Assembly (NCBI GenBank): GCA_903813345.2
Contig: CAIIXF020000001.1
Coordinates: 48,236,001 to 48,300,000 of the forward strand
Direction of reading: 5' to 3'
DNA: 64,000 bases
Origin: Owenia fusiformis
Lineage: Eukaryota
Part shown: one piece after another, positions 48,201 through 61,285 of the stretch
How the letters are laid out: each line of letters opens with the position of its first letter
Numbering within the stretch: position 1 is the first letter of the stretch
The notes under the pieces: generated by a model
What the model saw: only the letters and a program-made list of their open reading frames with translations
What the model was told of the DNA's origin: nothing
The model's database searches: none
Made by a program: the position numbers and the translations under genes

Positions 48201-48932
48201 GGCTAAGGTAGTCTTGACCGAATATCCATTTGCTGTCGATGGTGTTGTCCAGGTGAGTCTCACAGCCTATGATGACATCTGGCTTGTGAGTTTCAATTAG
48301 TTGTTGAAGGTGTAGTTGCTTCTCATGACTAATTAGACTGCGGAAGTTGATAGACATGAGGCGAACCTGGTTTCGCCTCTTTCGTGCAGTCGGCCTCGGT
48401 GGTTCTGATTCGGTAGAATCAGATGATGATGACGAATTGTCAAGATCAGAGAGAGCGCTGAAGGAGTTTGTTACCGAGGAATGAGAAAGAGTGGAGTCAT
48501 TGAAGAAGCTGTTGGAAAAATTAGGTAGGGCACATCCAGGACAGATCCAGGTGAAACTACCCGCGTCAAGAAAAACATTGTACTCAGCAGGGGAAACATT
48601 GCCACATTTGATGTGTACCCATGTGCCGCATTCATCGCATTCAAGGGCGCGATAATTCTTGGCAACTGCTTTGTGGCACATACCGCAGGGAAATTTAACA
48701 GGACCTGGGTTTGGGTGGATGTCACCACTAAGAATAAGACATAGGAAGAGCAGTGGTGTGGAAGATTTCTTGTGAAGGATTCCACGAGAGCCAACAATCT
48801 TATGGAAACGTCGCAGTTGCATCAACTGTGTGTATGACTCTGTTGAAGGTAAGTGGTTTCCATGATCACAGAAAAATGACTGGACTGCGAAAACAAAGCA
48901 GAGAAGGAGCAATCCTCACGCGTCCTCACGCG
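45245..48932 (-). mobile_element. Near full-length non-LTR retrotransposon (CR1/L2/RTEX-like), single long ORF broken by one frameshift
   Basis: 2A-like motif, PHD finger, APE endonuclease (GCETHL, GDFNLP, LDLVFT, SDH), RT (NYRPVSLTS, QHGFR, DFSKAFD, PQGTVLGP, FADD); candidate 3' hairpin and (GACATA)n tail near 45245-45310; boundaries approximate. Confidence 0.92.
45522..48912 (-). pseudogene. LINE PHD-APE-RT polyprotein, frameshifted at ~47710
   Basis: ORFs 47704-48912 and 45522-47720 overlap at the APE SDH motif; also SEVPQG in place of the usual SGVPQG. Confidence 0.85.
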
Positions 48933-50355
48933 TTTTAAAATGATATGTTGAACTTATTAGGAAAAATACTTTACAGTTGAAACTCCGCTGGGTTTATCAG
49001 AAAAATTCTACTTTTCTCATCTGAAATGCTGGAGGGGGGTTGAAATTATTGTAATCCATTTAAAATAACAAAGTTTGCCCATGTACTGATGAATGATAAT
49101 GATATCATATTTGGCTTACCGAGATCTGTATTATAAAAGGAAGGATTACAATAGAGATATTGTTTTACGGATATAAGTATCTGGTGTCTGCAAATATCTT
49201 AGTATATTTTGGGATTATTCAGGGATGTCAATATTATTGTTCAATCAAACTAAGTCAATTTTCTTCTATTATAAGAAGTACCAGAATGGAAACATGTCTT
49301 TTGGAAATGCATCTATTGTTTATTTAGTTTTTGACCGCAGATCCCGTTGTCATCATTATCAAACAAAATAGTTGAATATTTCCTCATTTGGTTTGGTAAG
49401 GTGTAGGCTAACTCACGACATAATTAACATTACAACTATTGTGTCTGCATATAACAATAATTCCATGGTTACTGTGCTAATTAATGAACATTTCATTTAT
49501 TTAATGAACATCAATTCAACCTAATATGGTCATTAGTATGCGATGGTATTGAGAATATATACAGCTTGATTGCCTGCAGATACTAGGTGTTCTATATCAG
49601 AACAATTAGACATGTAATTCAACATATTAATAATATTATAACTACCAAGATTTCAAACAGCACTTTCCCAGAACTTCTCAGAATGAATGAACTTCTAAGT
49701 AAGTTGACTGAATGCAAGTCACGTCACCCTAGACACAGTACCATTCATAAACTCTTTATGTTTCACGCAAAACAACTATTGAACATTTTAGTTTTAAATA
49801 AATATATAGTTCCACAGTGAGTCATAATGAAATAAATATTCTATTAGTTCGACAGTAAGCCATACCCATAGTCGATTCAAGTTATAAATTATGTTTATGT
49901 TTTGCAACTTTTCAACAAGGCATTTACATAACCAAATGTCGCCACCTAGTTGCTCACAATATTATTAGTTCAATCTTAAGTCAAAGAATTTCTGAAAACT
50001 CTGTAAATGATTTTGAAAATAAAATTGGTCAATTTGAAGCAAGTTGGGAGGTCACTGAAGGTGAAATCTCAAATCTAAAGTCAGATTTGAACATCTAAGA
50101 ACTTGTAGATGATTTTGTCAGATTTGAACTTTTGAGAACTTGTAGATGATTTTGTCAGATTTGAACTTTTGAGAACTTGTAGATGATTTTGAAATGAAAT
50201 TGGTCAATTTGAAGCAAGTTGAATACAAAGCATTAACATGACAAAATGTCACCACCTAGTTGCTCACAATATTATTAGTTCAATCTTAAGTCAGATTTGA
50301 ATGTCTTTAAACTTGTTGATGATTTTGAAAAGATGAACTAGTCAATTTGAAGCAA

Positions 50356-51725
50356 CCGACAATATTAGCTCAAAATGTTACTTATTTGCTGACGACACTT
50401 CTATTTATCAATCCTTCAAAGAGCATGATCTAAATAATAAGATGGCTCTACTGCAGACTGACCTTAATAATATTTATGAGTGGTCACAAAAATGGAGATT
50501 GCAATTTAAGGCCAGCAAAAGTACAGAACTAACTTTTTTTGACCAACGAAAATCAGAGTTACAAACTCCACCAATGTTACTTGGTGGTGATATAATTCCT
50601 AAAGTCAATGAACATAAGCACCTTGGCTTTACTTTTGACCAAAATTTGTCGTTTGAACCGCACATTATTCAGGCCTCAAACAAAATTGACAAGCTACTTA
50701 ACCACTTGAAAAGTTTATCAAAAAAACTCAGTGGAAAACATCTTCAACTCATGTTTAATTCTTACATTTTGCCACATTTTGACTATTATGATATACTCTA
50801 TGGCTGTGCAAACTCCTTGACTCTAAAATGCCTGGATAAATTATATTATAAAGCTGCTGTGATTTGCTCAGGTGTCATCCACGGATCATCCACCATCAAA
50901 ACACTCCATACTTTAAATTGGCCATCACTCGAAATCCGTAGGAAATTACATAGGATGTTCCTAGTTTTTAAAGTTAATAAGGGGAATGCTCCGAATTATG
51001 TTAGCTCTATTTTTGCAAAGTTTAAAAGAGCACCTATAAGAGATCTAAGATAAACCTTACCATATCACATCCCCGCGAAAAGATCATCAATCCAAAATAG
51101 ATCATGTGTTTTTTCTTGTTTAGAAGAGTGGAACTCACTTGAGCCAACTTTAAGAGAGTGCATTAACATAGATTCCTTTAAGAGGGCATTGACAAAGAGT
51201 TTGATGAGCACAAACATAACTTTGGCATCTGATATCAATGTCAGTAGATCACTTGAAATCTATTTAAACAGAATAAGAGTGGATTTTATATTTAAAGCTC
51301 ATTTACATGCACATAACTTTGTAAATATTCTTTCGCCAGATTGTGCTTGTGGCCACACAAATGAAAACACAATTCATGTGTTTTTCTCCTGTCCCATTCG
51401 ACAGAATTATTTTATTACTTTTGAACAACAACTCTGTGATCTAAATATTGGATACAGAAATTTATGTAAGAACAGGCAGGAAAAACTAAACATTGATATT
51501 TTGAAGTTGAGTGCAGTGTTTATCAGGAACTGTGTTGAGGGACCCCAGGCAGTCTAGTGACCTATTATGCTTAATAGTATCATTACTATCAGATCATTTG
51601 CAGACCTAGTTTTGTGAATCATCATCCTAAAAGTGGCTTATAATGTACCTTACAAAGCCGCTAATGTATTTGTGTTTATTGTAATAATTTGAAATAAAGA
51701 AATACAATATAAAAAAAATATAAAA
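50356..51725 (+). mobile_element. 5'-truncated LINE (CR1-like RT C-terminus) with 12-bp TSD
   Basis: CYLFADDTSIY...LQTDL...HKHLG...CACGHTNENTIHVFFSCP; one in-frame stop at 51051-51053; A-rich tail; TSD aatttgaagcaa at 50344-50355 and 51726-51737 inside a host repeat. Confidence 0.9.
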
Positions 51726-52229
51726 AATTTGAAGCAAGTTGAAAAAATACCTTTTTGACCTTTTTTTACCTTCAGAAGGTCATTGAAGGTCAAATCTTAC
51801 ATCTAAAGTCAGATTTGAACTTCTGAGAAAGTGGTCAATTTGAAGCAATTTTGATATATAGAACTTCATTCGATGGGATTATTATTTCATACAACTACTC
51901 TTTACAGTGACATGGCTTTTTACAATGGAGGACACCTGAAATTATTTATAAAGCTAGGAAATGGGCCAAAAGTGAATATCCCAAGACAAAAATGGCAACC
52001 ATTTTGAAAATAGGCAATGGAGTCACAGGGGAGTTTTCTGTATTGATGTTGAACAAAAATAAGTTAAAACAGGAATACTATCGACAGAGGTTTTAAGGCA
52101 AATAGTCCAAAAGTGGATTTTGCAAGACAGATGGACAAATCAATGTTAACTATAATGGCTGAAAATGCAGGATACCTGTAATTATTTGTAAAGCTAGGAA
52201 ATGGGCCAAAAGTGAATTTCGCAGAAGAT

Positions 52230-53135
52230 GATTTTTTTGAAATTTTTTTTTGTCAATTTGAAGCAAATTGAAAAAATACCTTTTTTCTCATTTCTAGTTC
52301 GTTTTGAAATAGAAAAGCTATGTTTGGATGTTCTCCATATTTAAACTTGCTTATGCAGTGTTTTGCGACAAGTATGACTTGATTTACATAATCTTGTACA
52401 GATTCTTTTTTGTTCTTATAAAATAAAAGTACATCTACATCAGTGAAAGTAATATTTTCATATTTTGTTTTTAACACTGTTTTTACATCATCCCAAATAC
52501 TTTTTATTCGGTGACACTTAATAAAAAATGTTCATAAGTATCCTCCTCTTCTACACAATATTTACATTTCTTGGTGTTACTTAGTTTCCATTTTTCTAAT
52601 TGAATATTTGTAGGGTACACCTGATGTATTATTTTATATTGTAATGATTTGATTTTTGTTTCTTTTATTCTGCCTATGTGTCCCCATATATTTTTCCATT
52701 GCAGGTTTTCATACTTGTTATTCCATCTTAGCATTACATTTGGACATATTTTCTCATTTTTTATTATAGAGGCTTGAAAATCTCTGGCCTTTGACTTGTT
52801 AATGATGCAATTGTTAAATTTCAAAATTTTGCTGGTATTTCTATTTATAATACTTATTCTCTGTATGGCATTTTTTATCACGTTATACTCTAACTGTAAC
52901 CCTGCATTATTTTGCATGAGGTTTCTAAAATATTCAATTGAATGTACATGATTATTCTCGTCTATTATATCAGCCACTGTATTCAATCCAGCATCTTTCC
53001 AACTTTGAAAATATATCACATTTTTCCGATAAGAAACGTTTCTGTTATTCCAAATTATATCTTTATTTGAAATTGCACTGGTATTTGTGTTATCAAAACA
53101 ATTTCCTACTCTCTAATTTACAAGAAGTCATAGGC
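52230..53135 (-). mobile_element. 5'-truncated L1/Tx1-like LINE fragment (C-terminal zinc knuckle)
   Basis: LQYKIIHQVYPTN...CKYCVEEEDTYEHF, then after a 1-nt frameshift FIKCHRIKSIW...VILVAKHCI; A-rich 3' end. Confidence 0.8.
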
Positions 53136-53599
53136 TAATTTACCTGAAACATAAATGTTTTGCGTGTATTTAACATAACCCCGACTGCATTCCATTATAT
53201 AACCAATTTATATATAACTTTTACATATATATTATATATAACTTGATATGAAATATTGTATTATTACATGATTACATTAGTCACAACTACTCACTAAGAC
53301 TAACTAAAAACTACTTCTATATTTACAAAGTAATCTACAAAATATATACATATGCATATTGAAAGCATACAACATAGGTAGAATATTTTTAAGTGTTATG
53401 TACAAAATATGCTGACTATTCTAAATTGTTAAATGAGTGATATATTTTACCAAAATGACGCTGTATGATGGTATTGTCACTAGTAATTATATTAGTGAAA
53501 AAATTTTCACTATTCAAATAAAAAGGAGTGCTATCGATATGGAGAACTGAATTCAACAATGTTTTTCTCTCAAACCAATGATTGAAAACATTCTGTAAA

Positions 53600-56205
53600 C
53601 ACCTTAAAATTTACCCAGAATGCCAAAAATTAGTCAATTCTGGATTTTCATACCAGAACCACCCCTGAAAACTTGAAATACATCAAACAATTAACCAGAA
53701 AACGCGTCAACAAGACTTTACAGACAAGATTTTAGGACGGAAAATCCAAAATGGCTGTCTTGACATTTATCCAGAATACCAACTAGAACAACGGCAACGC
53801 CAAAGCGTAGCGAATCCCATCGAACAGAAATGGCTGGCATTTTTACAAATGAATAGCAAATATCATAAAACAACACACCAGAAAGGCCACCCTTTTTAAA
53901 ATGGTTGCTCACTAGCCAAGTTGTCATCAGAAGCAATAATATGCTTTTAAGTAGCCACCTCTAAAATTTTTGAAAAATCGCACACATACTTGTAAAATAA
54001 CACACATAAAAATGGTGGCCATTTTTCAAAATTTTTCAAAACTACTCCCCAAAGTTTTATTAGACAATGTGACATGCTTAAAGTATTCACATATCAAATA
54101 TGAACAAAATCGCTCCACTACTTTTCGAGTTATAGTAAAATACATTAAAAAGGCGGCCATTTTTCAAAAAAAATTTCAAAATGGCCGCCTTCTACCAAAA
54201 GTGTCATAGGACAGTGTGCCATGCTTATAGTAGTCACATACCAAATATGAACAAAATCGCTCCACGACTTTCGAGTTCGAGTTATAGTAAAATACGTTAA
54301 AATGGCGGCCATTTTTCAAAATCTATTTCAAAATGGCCGCCTTCTACCAAAAGTGTCATTGGACAGTGTGCCATGCTTATAGTATTCACATACCAAATAT
54401 GAACAAAATCGCTCCACGACTTTCGAGTTCGAGTTATAGTAAAATACGTTAAAATGGCGGCCATTTTTCAAAATCTTTTTCAAAATGGCCGCCTTCTACC
54501 AAAAGTGTCATTGGACAGTGTGCCATGCTTATAGTATTCACATACCAAATATGAACAAAATCGCTCCACTACTTTTCGAGTTATAGTAAAATATGTTAAA
54601 ATGGCGGCCATTTTTCAAATTTTTTTTCAAAATGGCCGCTTTCTACCAAAAGTGTCATAGGACAGTGTGCCATGCTTATAGTATTCACATACCAAATATG
54701 AACAAAATCGCTCCACTACTTTTCGAGTTATAGTAAAATATGTTAAAATGGCAGCCATTTTTCAATTTTTTTTCAAAATGGCCGCCTTCTACCAAAAGTG
54801 CCATGCTTATAGTAGTCACATACCAAATATGAACAAAATCGCTCCACGACTTTTCGAGTTATAGTAAAATACGTTAAAATGGCGGCCATTTTTCAAATTT
54901 TTTTTCAAAATAGCCGCCTTCTACCAAAAGTGTCATAGGACAGTGTGCCATGCTTATAGTAGTCACATACCAAATATGAACAAAATCGCTCCATGACTTT
55001 TCGAGTTATAGTAAAATACGTTAAAATGGCGGCCATTTTTCAAAAAAATTTTCAAAATGGCCGCCTTCTACCAAAAGTGTCATAGGACAGTGTGCCATGA
55101 TTATAGTAGTCACATACCAAATATGAACAAAATCGCTCCATGACTTTTCGAGTTATAGTAAAATACGTTAAAATGGCGGCAATTTTTCAAATTTTTTTTC
55201 AAAATGGCCGCCTTCTACCAAAAGTGTCTTTAGACAGTGTGCAATGCTTATAGTATTCACATACCAAATATGAACAAAATCGCTCCACTATTTTTTGAGT
55301 TACAGCGAAAATCGTAAAATGACGAATAAAGGCCGCCATTTTTCAAGATGGCTGCCATGTGCTTCTTTAATATCTACATTTGTAGCATTATTAATGTCCT
55401 TTTTAATTTTTTTACATTTAAAACATATTGCTATTACAGTTTTACTTATTGCACCTAATTACTGTAAAATCGGCACTAAAATGGCCGCCATTTTGAAATG
55501 AGCGGCCATTTTGAAAATCGGCTTTCGAGCAGAACTTCTATCCTCATAGGGTATATGTGTACAAAATATGAACAAAATCGGGCCAACGGTATTTGAGTTA
55601 TTGCCCGGACGGACGGACGGACGGACGGACGGACGGACGGAGGCGTTCCCTATATCCCTCCGAACTTCGTTCGATGGGATAAAAACTAATTAGATCTAGA
55701 TTTTCATGCTAAGAATCATACCGGAAAATTTGAAATTGATCTACCAAATAGTTCACCTGAAAATGCGTAGACAAGACTTTACAGACAATGTTTTAGGACG
55801 GAAAATCCAAAATGGTTGCCTTGACATTTACCCAGAAAGCCAAAAAACTAATCAGATCTAGATTTTCATACTAAAGACAAGACTTTAAATACAGGCAAGA
55901 TTTTAAGACGGAAAATCCAAAATGGCTGCCTTGACATTTGCCAAGAATGCCAAAAAACTAATCAGTTCTAGATTTTCATACCAAGAATCATCCCTAAAAA
56001 TTTGAAATTGATCTGCCAAACGGTTCACCTGAAAACCCGTGGACAAGACTTTACAGACAAGATTTTAGGACGGAAAATCCAAAATGGCTGCCTTGACATT
56101 TACCCAGAAAGTCAAAAAACTAATCAGGATATAGATTTTCATACTAAGAATCATCCCTGAAAATTTACAGACATAATTTTAGGATGGAAAAATCCAAAAT
56201 GGCCA
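53600..56205 (+). repeat. Host tandem repeat (gaaaatccaaaatggctgccttgacatttacccagaa... units) interrupted by a HINE
   Basis: Units at 53600-53780 and 55681-56205; degenerate copies at ~44690-44900. Confidence 0.75.
53781..55680. mobile_element. Helentron/HINE-like element with 9 x ~147-bp core repeats and (GGAC)n
   Basis: Same termini as 29755-30860; cores at 54088, 54235, 54387, 54539, 54686, 54817, 54964, 55111, 55258; inserted in an A-run of the host repeat. Confidence 0.9.
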
Positions 56206-56334
56206 ACAATAAAAAAGTGATTATAAGTTTTTGCTGATTTCTTTTTACAAAATTATCACATATACCTACTGTTACCAATAGCATAGGCTTTTACAAGAAA
56301 GTACACCCGAAATTATTTATAAGGCTACTAAATA

Positions 56335-58603
56335 CAGGGTGCCCGATACTACCCAACGTAAATCGTTCCGGACTTGTTTTTTATAACCATTTGGACTCAT
56401 TTCGAGAGGGAATGAGATGAAACATTCATCAGAATGGCTCAAAAAGATAATACAATTCAATCGTTTAGAAAAATACATACATTAACTTCTACCAAAGACA
56501 TTCTTTTTCATACCCACGTATCTATTTTGGCGATCGATCGAGCCATTATAGATCATATTTATCGACATTAAATAACAAAAAATGCCAGAAATATGCTCTA
56601 AATCTCCACTAGTGTCATTTTACTAGGTTTAAACAAAAAATCATTTTATAACGTGGAACACTATCCACTACATTAAAGATCGTATTAATATCTTAAGTAT
56701 CTGGACTGTACCTTCAATTTGCCATAAATGTCCGAAATGAACAAAGTGGAGTTAACGACGGCGAATGGTCATTATTCTGACACGGACTTGTCTTGTTATC
56801 ACTAGGTGAACGACTGCGAATTGTACACTTAATGCTTTCGACGTGATAAAAATAATGATTTGGAATTGTCTTGTAACGGTATTCATACGTTCCTTGTTGC
56901 TTAATAATTTGCCTATGCCTTTGAAAAAATTGTATTTGGTATGTATTTGTTTTACTATTCACACATTTTGTAATTTCAGTTCCTCGAAACAAGCGTCACG
57001 AATGTACTTTTAGAAGTGGAGACAAAAATATGTTCATTGAACATTTCGAGAGGGACCATCGCTCAGATTTATTTAGGCTTGACGTTCCTTTTCGTGAACA
57101 TCCGATGCTGTAATTAAACTCGCTATAGCTAATAACGTTAGTACAGTTCATTGATATGGGTCAATAAAAAGATGATAGAATCCATGTTTGTGCGGGCATA
57201 GGACGTATTTCGGTAATCAATGATGTTTGTATATATTCTTTTCAAAATATATGTGGAGCTCAAATTATTACTGTAAGTTTACAGTAAATCCTGTCTTAGT
57301 GGACACCTCTCTCGTAAAGAGGTAAAACCTATAGATTTAATCCATTAAATAATTTAGTGCATTGAAAGTTAAAGGGAGAGTCTAAAGAAGAATTCGAGGC
57401 AATATTTGCATGCTGTGAGGCAAAGTATAAAATAATTACAAATAATAATTAACAAATCAAGTTGTTAACAATCCAGAGGCAAACTAGTAGATTTTTAACA
57501 GTGTAATGACCTTCGATAGCAAGTTGCTACTACAGTCTCAGCTGTAGTGGCTAGCCTTTATGGCTCAGGGGTAGAGCGTCTGACTCGAGAGCAGGAGGTC
57601 CTGGGTTCGATTCCCGGATGAGCGTGCCCAAGGGTCGTTACAACAGTAAATAACGATTAAAACTAATTATTTCTTCTCAACTTTCACTACACTTCTTGCT
57701 TAGCATTAATATAAGCATGGAAGTCAGTTTAAAGCCAATAAAGGCATTTTAAAGTCTTATTTGAGGCAAACTTATGCTCACCTTTTTCATAGGCAAATTA
57801 AAAATAGCGACGAGTGAAGTCTTTAAAAAAGCGAAGAGGCAAAATACAAGAAAAAGTAAAAAATCAACTTTTCTCTCTACATGCATTCTTGCCCCTTGAA
57901 AGTATCAAGTAAAGAACATGTATCTGTAATGATTCACTAATTCAACCTTGACAAGTATCTCTTAATACGTTTAATTAATGATGATCATTTAGATAGTATC
58001 ACTCAGACAACTTCTTCCACTGTCCTCATCCACTCTGATGATTTGTTGGAAATGTATAAAGTTTATGGAGCTGTTCCACACTTAAAAATGGTTCATTGTG
58101 TTCTACAAGTCAGAAACGTTCCAATAACACAAGTCAGAAACGTTCCAATAACAAGTCAACATCATTAACTGGAATATTTAGGTCACGTCAAAATGGTTAA
58201 ATCTAAAAAATATTCTTTCGACAATTGCTACTCATTTAAACCATTTTAAATCATGATTTTCGTTCACAATATGGCTACTTTCATTATGAATCGGTGTATT
58301 CATTGGATACAAGGCAGGCTGGTGATTATCAGGCAAAATAGGTAAAAACACTGGCAGAATCGCTCACATCCCTAAATAACAAGACTTTAGCAAACAGTTC
58401 GGACAAAAAATGCGTTTGCGGGTGCCTGAAGGGTATATAGTATGGTAAGTTATCTTATTGTATTATATTTACATAAAGTCAAGTGAAAGCAATTTCATAA
58501 CCAAATTTACAAACCTACCTCTACTTTTTTCCATAAATCAAGTCCAAATGGTTATGAAAAACAAGTCCGGAACGATTTACATTGGGTAGTATCGGACACC
58601 GTG
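56335..58603. mobile_element. Non-autonomous Tc1/mariner-type element, ~63-bp TIRs, TA TSD
   Basis: TA|cagggtgcccgatactacccaacgtaaatcgttccggacttgttttt... and ...aaaaacaagtccggaacgatttacattgggtagtatcggacaccgtg|TA. Confidence 0.88.
57554..57624 (+). other. tRNA-derived sequence (SINE head or tRNA pseudogene)
   Basis: A box tggctcaggggtagagc, B box ggttcgattcc, T stem ctggg/cccgg; acceptor and anticodon stems imperfect; CGA in the loop without a long variable arm. Confidence 0.6.
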
Positions 58604-59409
58604 TAAATAGTTAAAAAAGTATGAAAACTCAAAAACACCATTCAATTTGATACAAAGTATTATCGCGCGCTAACTTTTCTTCAGACATTCAAAATAGCTG
58701 CGATGACTCAGAGCTAACAGGTCCAAAACCTATTCAGATGTACATTGAAGTGAGCTGAACAAGGTCTTAAAGGGCGACGCATATCGTTTAGCAAATCGAA
58801 CGCTCGTTTCTGGTGTTGCTCACCGTTTAGTATAAAAGGCCCGATCCCGGAATAATACTCAAGGGTTCACAGGTTCGAGGTTGTTGTGTCAACACCTCTA
58901 ACTGTTATATAGCATAAGTATATTATAGATCGTCACACATTTATAAAAGGGTGATTTTTATTTTGACAAATCAATTCCACATTTATGGGTGAAGTTTCAG
59001 GATCTTCTATTTGTGTATAATAAGGAAAAATTGGCATCTAAATTTCCCCATAACGTAATAGCACACAGCTTGGCATATGAACTATCCTACAAATGAAACA
59101 AAGCAAGCCAAACCGGTTTCTAATACAAGGATTTATATTGGCTGTTGTACATGTATTCTTTGAACGCAATCACTCTTTGGATAACGTTTTCAAAATCATT
59201 ATATACGGATTACTTTATCTCAAAGACAATTTCAATAAACTGGATTTTACAGAACTCCCCTTAATTCTTAAAAATGGACTGATCCAGTTGATTCGCCTGG
59301 AGCCGCCATATTGTTTTTATACGGGATGCTAATCGGAACCCTTTAAAGTTTTAAAAGCAACTGTGGAGCTGTTTTTCTTTTAAGTTTGCAGATAAGGATT
59401 TAAGCAGTT

Positions 59410-59606
59410 GACTTCAAAATGGCTGACAGGAAGTACAGGTAGGTACAGGTATGCACTCATAAGTTATCCCTGAAAATTTGAAGGTGATTTCTGTAGCGGT
59501 TTTGGAGAAAACTGACGGATGTAGGGACGGACGGACGGACAGACAGACGAACGGACGCGCCTAGGCCGATAATATGGCCCCACACTATGTGGTGAGGACA
59601 TAAAAA
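59410..59606. mobile_element. 3' fragment of a HINE-like element
   Basis: caaaatggctg core remnant, (GGAC/AGAC)n microsatellite, hairpin ccccacactatgtggtgagg, A-run. Confidence 0.6.
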
Positions 59607-60246
59607 CACGGTATTGTATGTAATGTTGACTGATTGGCAACAATTTAATGCAAAAATTATTTAGAAATATTTTATATAACTGTTTTTGTTAACATTTTTA
59701 GTTTTTTTAGTGCAATTGTTTTTGCTCCTTTGTAACAGTTCTTGAGAATGAAATAAATGTCTTTCCAAACCTTGTTGGAACAAAATAGCAACATGTTTTT
59801 AGACTCTCAATATTATAGTTATACAAAGGAATCTTTGGTTGATTTTAAAAAAGTATTCAAAAAATTAAAACAAAATCCCCCCAAATAGATAAAAATCAAG
59901 ATAAACCTTTTATTTCATTAACAAGATACTTTTCTAAAATCAACCAAAATTTCCTTTGTACAATTGCAATATTGAGAGACCTAAACATGTAGTGTTTATA
60001 TCGTTTTGTTCGAAAAAAGTTCGGAAAGATGTTTCATTTCACTCTGGAAACATGATACCAAGAACAAAATAAGTGTTTGATGTGTTTTCTAAAACAATAT
60101 TGTTGAAAGTATATATATATTTTTCAAATCATATTGTTACCATTCAAAAGATTGACATTGTGTCAAATTTTTAGATTTTTTTTATGACTCATTAAAGAGA
60201 AACATGTGTTCAAAAAGTTCTCCATATCGATACAGCCCAATAATGC

Positions 60247-60571
60247 AGATGCGAGTAGGTAGTTACCAGTTTCACCACCAGATGGCTCATTCGGGTCAGA
60301 TAGCATGGCGGGTAAAGTAGAAAGTTTCCTTTACATCTGTTTTAGTGGTTCAATTTTCATAAAATCCGTATGTATCTAATAGTTATGCAAATTAAAATAT
60401 ATTTCACTTTTTTTGATTTTGTTACATGGGGTCTATGGGGAATCAACCTGAACTAGAAGTCACATTTTCAAAAAAAAAATTTCAAAGTTGATAAACAATT
60501 TTCGAAACCATATTTCTGGATGAATTTTGAATATTTAATGACGTAAATCAAGATTATTTCTACTCGCATCT
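60247..60571. mobile_element. Small MITE-like element
   Basis: 12-bp inverted termini agatgcgagtag / ctactcgcatct. Confidence 0.45.
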
Positions 60572-61285
60572 AGTCTATTGAAATGGACTGACTTAACAAA
60601 AAGAGGCATGGGTAGTAATAAAAATATTCAATTAAACCCTGCAGAATGCTCATCATCTCACGCTTGTAATTTTCTTGTATATTTCTCTTGATATAAATGG
60701 AGAGTCATATGTTCTTGCATACATGTAAGGGCAATAATTACATGTCTGATTATATTTGCTTTTTCCTCTATTCAACCCAATTTTATTTCTACTTTTCAAT
60801 GTTGTGTGTACTAAAAGTATATATGATGTTTTGTATGTATGTATGTATGTATGTATGTATAATTTATTTGCCTCTTAATAAAAAGAGAGTTACATTCACA
60901 ATACTATACAAACTAATTAATAAAAAGGATACACGGGTCAACTCACACTGGTTACAAATTCGAAGAAATGTACAAGCGGGATGAATGGTTTCAATTCGAA
61001 GAAATTTAAAGTTCAAGTGAGGTAAATGGCTTCACTTTATGGGGTTCCTGAAGGGTAAATACAAAATGCACAATTTACCTATTTTATTCACATTTTCTGA
61101 GATTAACATATACACGGTGTTATAGCATGACGGTTACACCACCTCTGAAAATGAGATTAGACGACTACGATCGCTGATTTATATAAAATAAAATGGCCAC
61201 GATGGAACAGAAAACTAAGATTGGTGCTTTATTTTCTTCTACTGTGTATCAATGAAAGGATGAACAAATTGATGCCCGGGGATAA

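Noticed and set aside
54000..55300. CRISPR-like array
   Set aside because: Units are wholly repeated with no unique spacers; eukaryotic HINE core repeats
57554..57624. Functional tRNA-Ser(CGA)
   Set aside because: Acceptor and anticodon stems pair poorly and the long variable arm is missing
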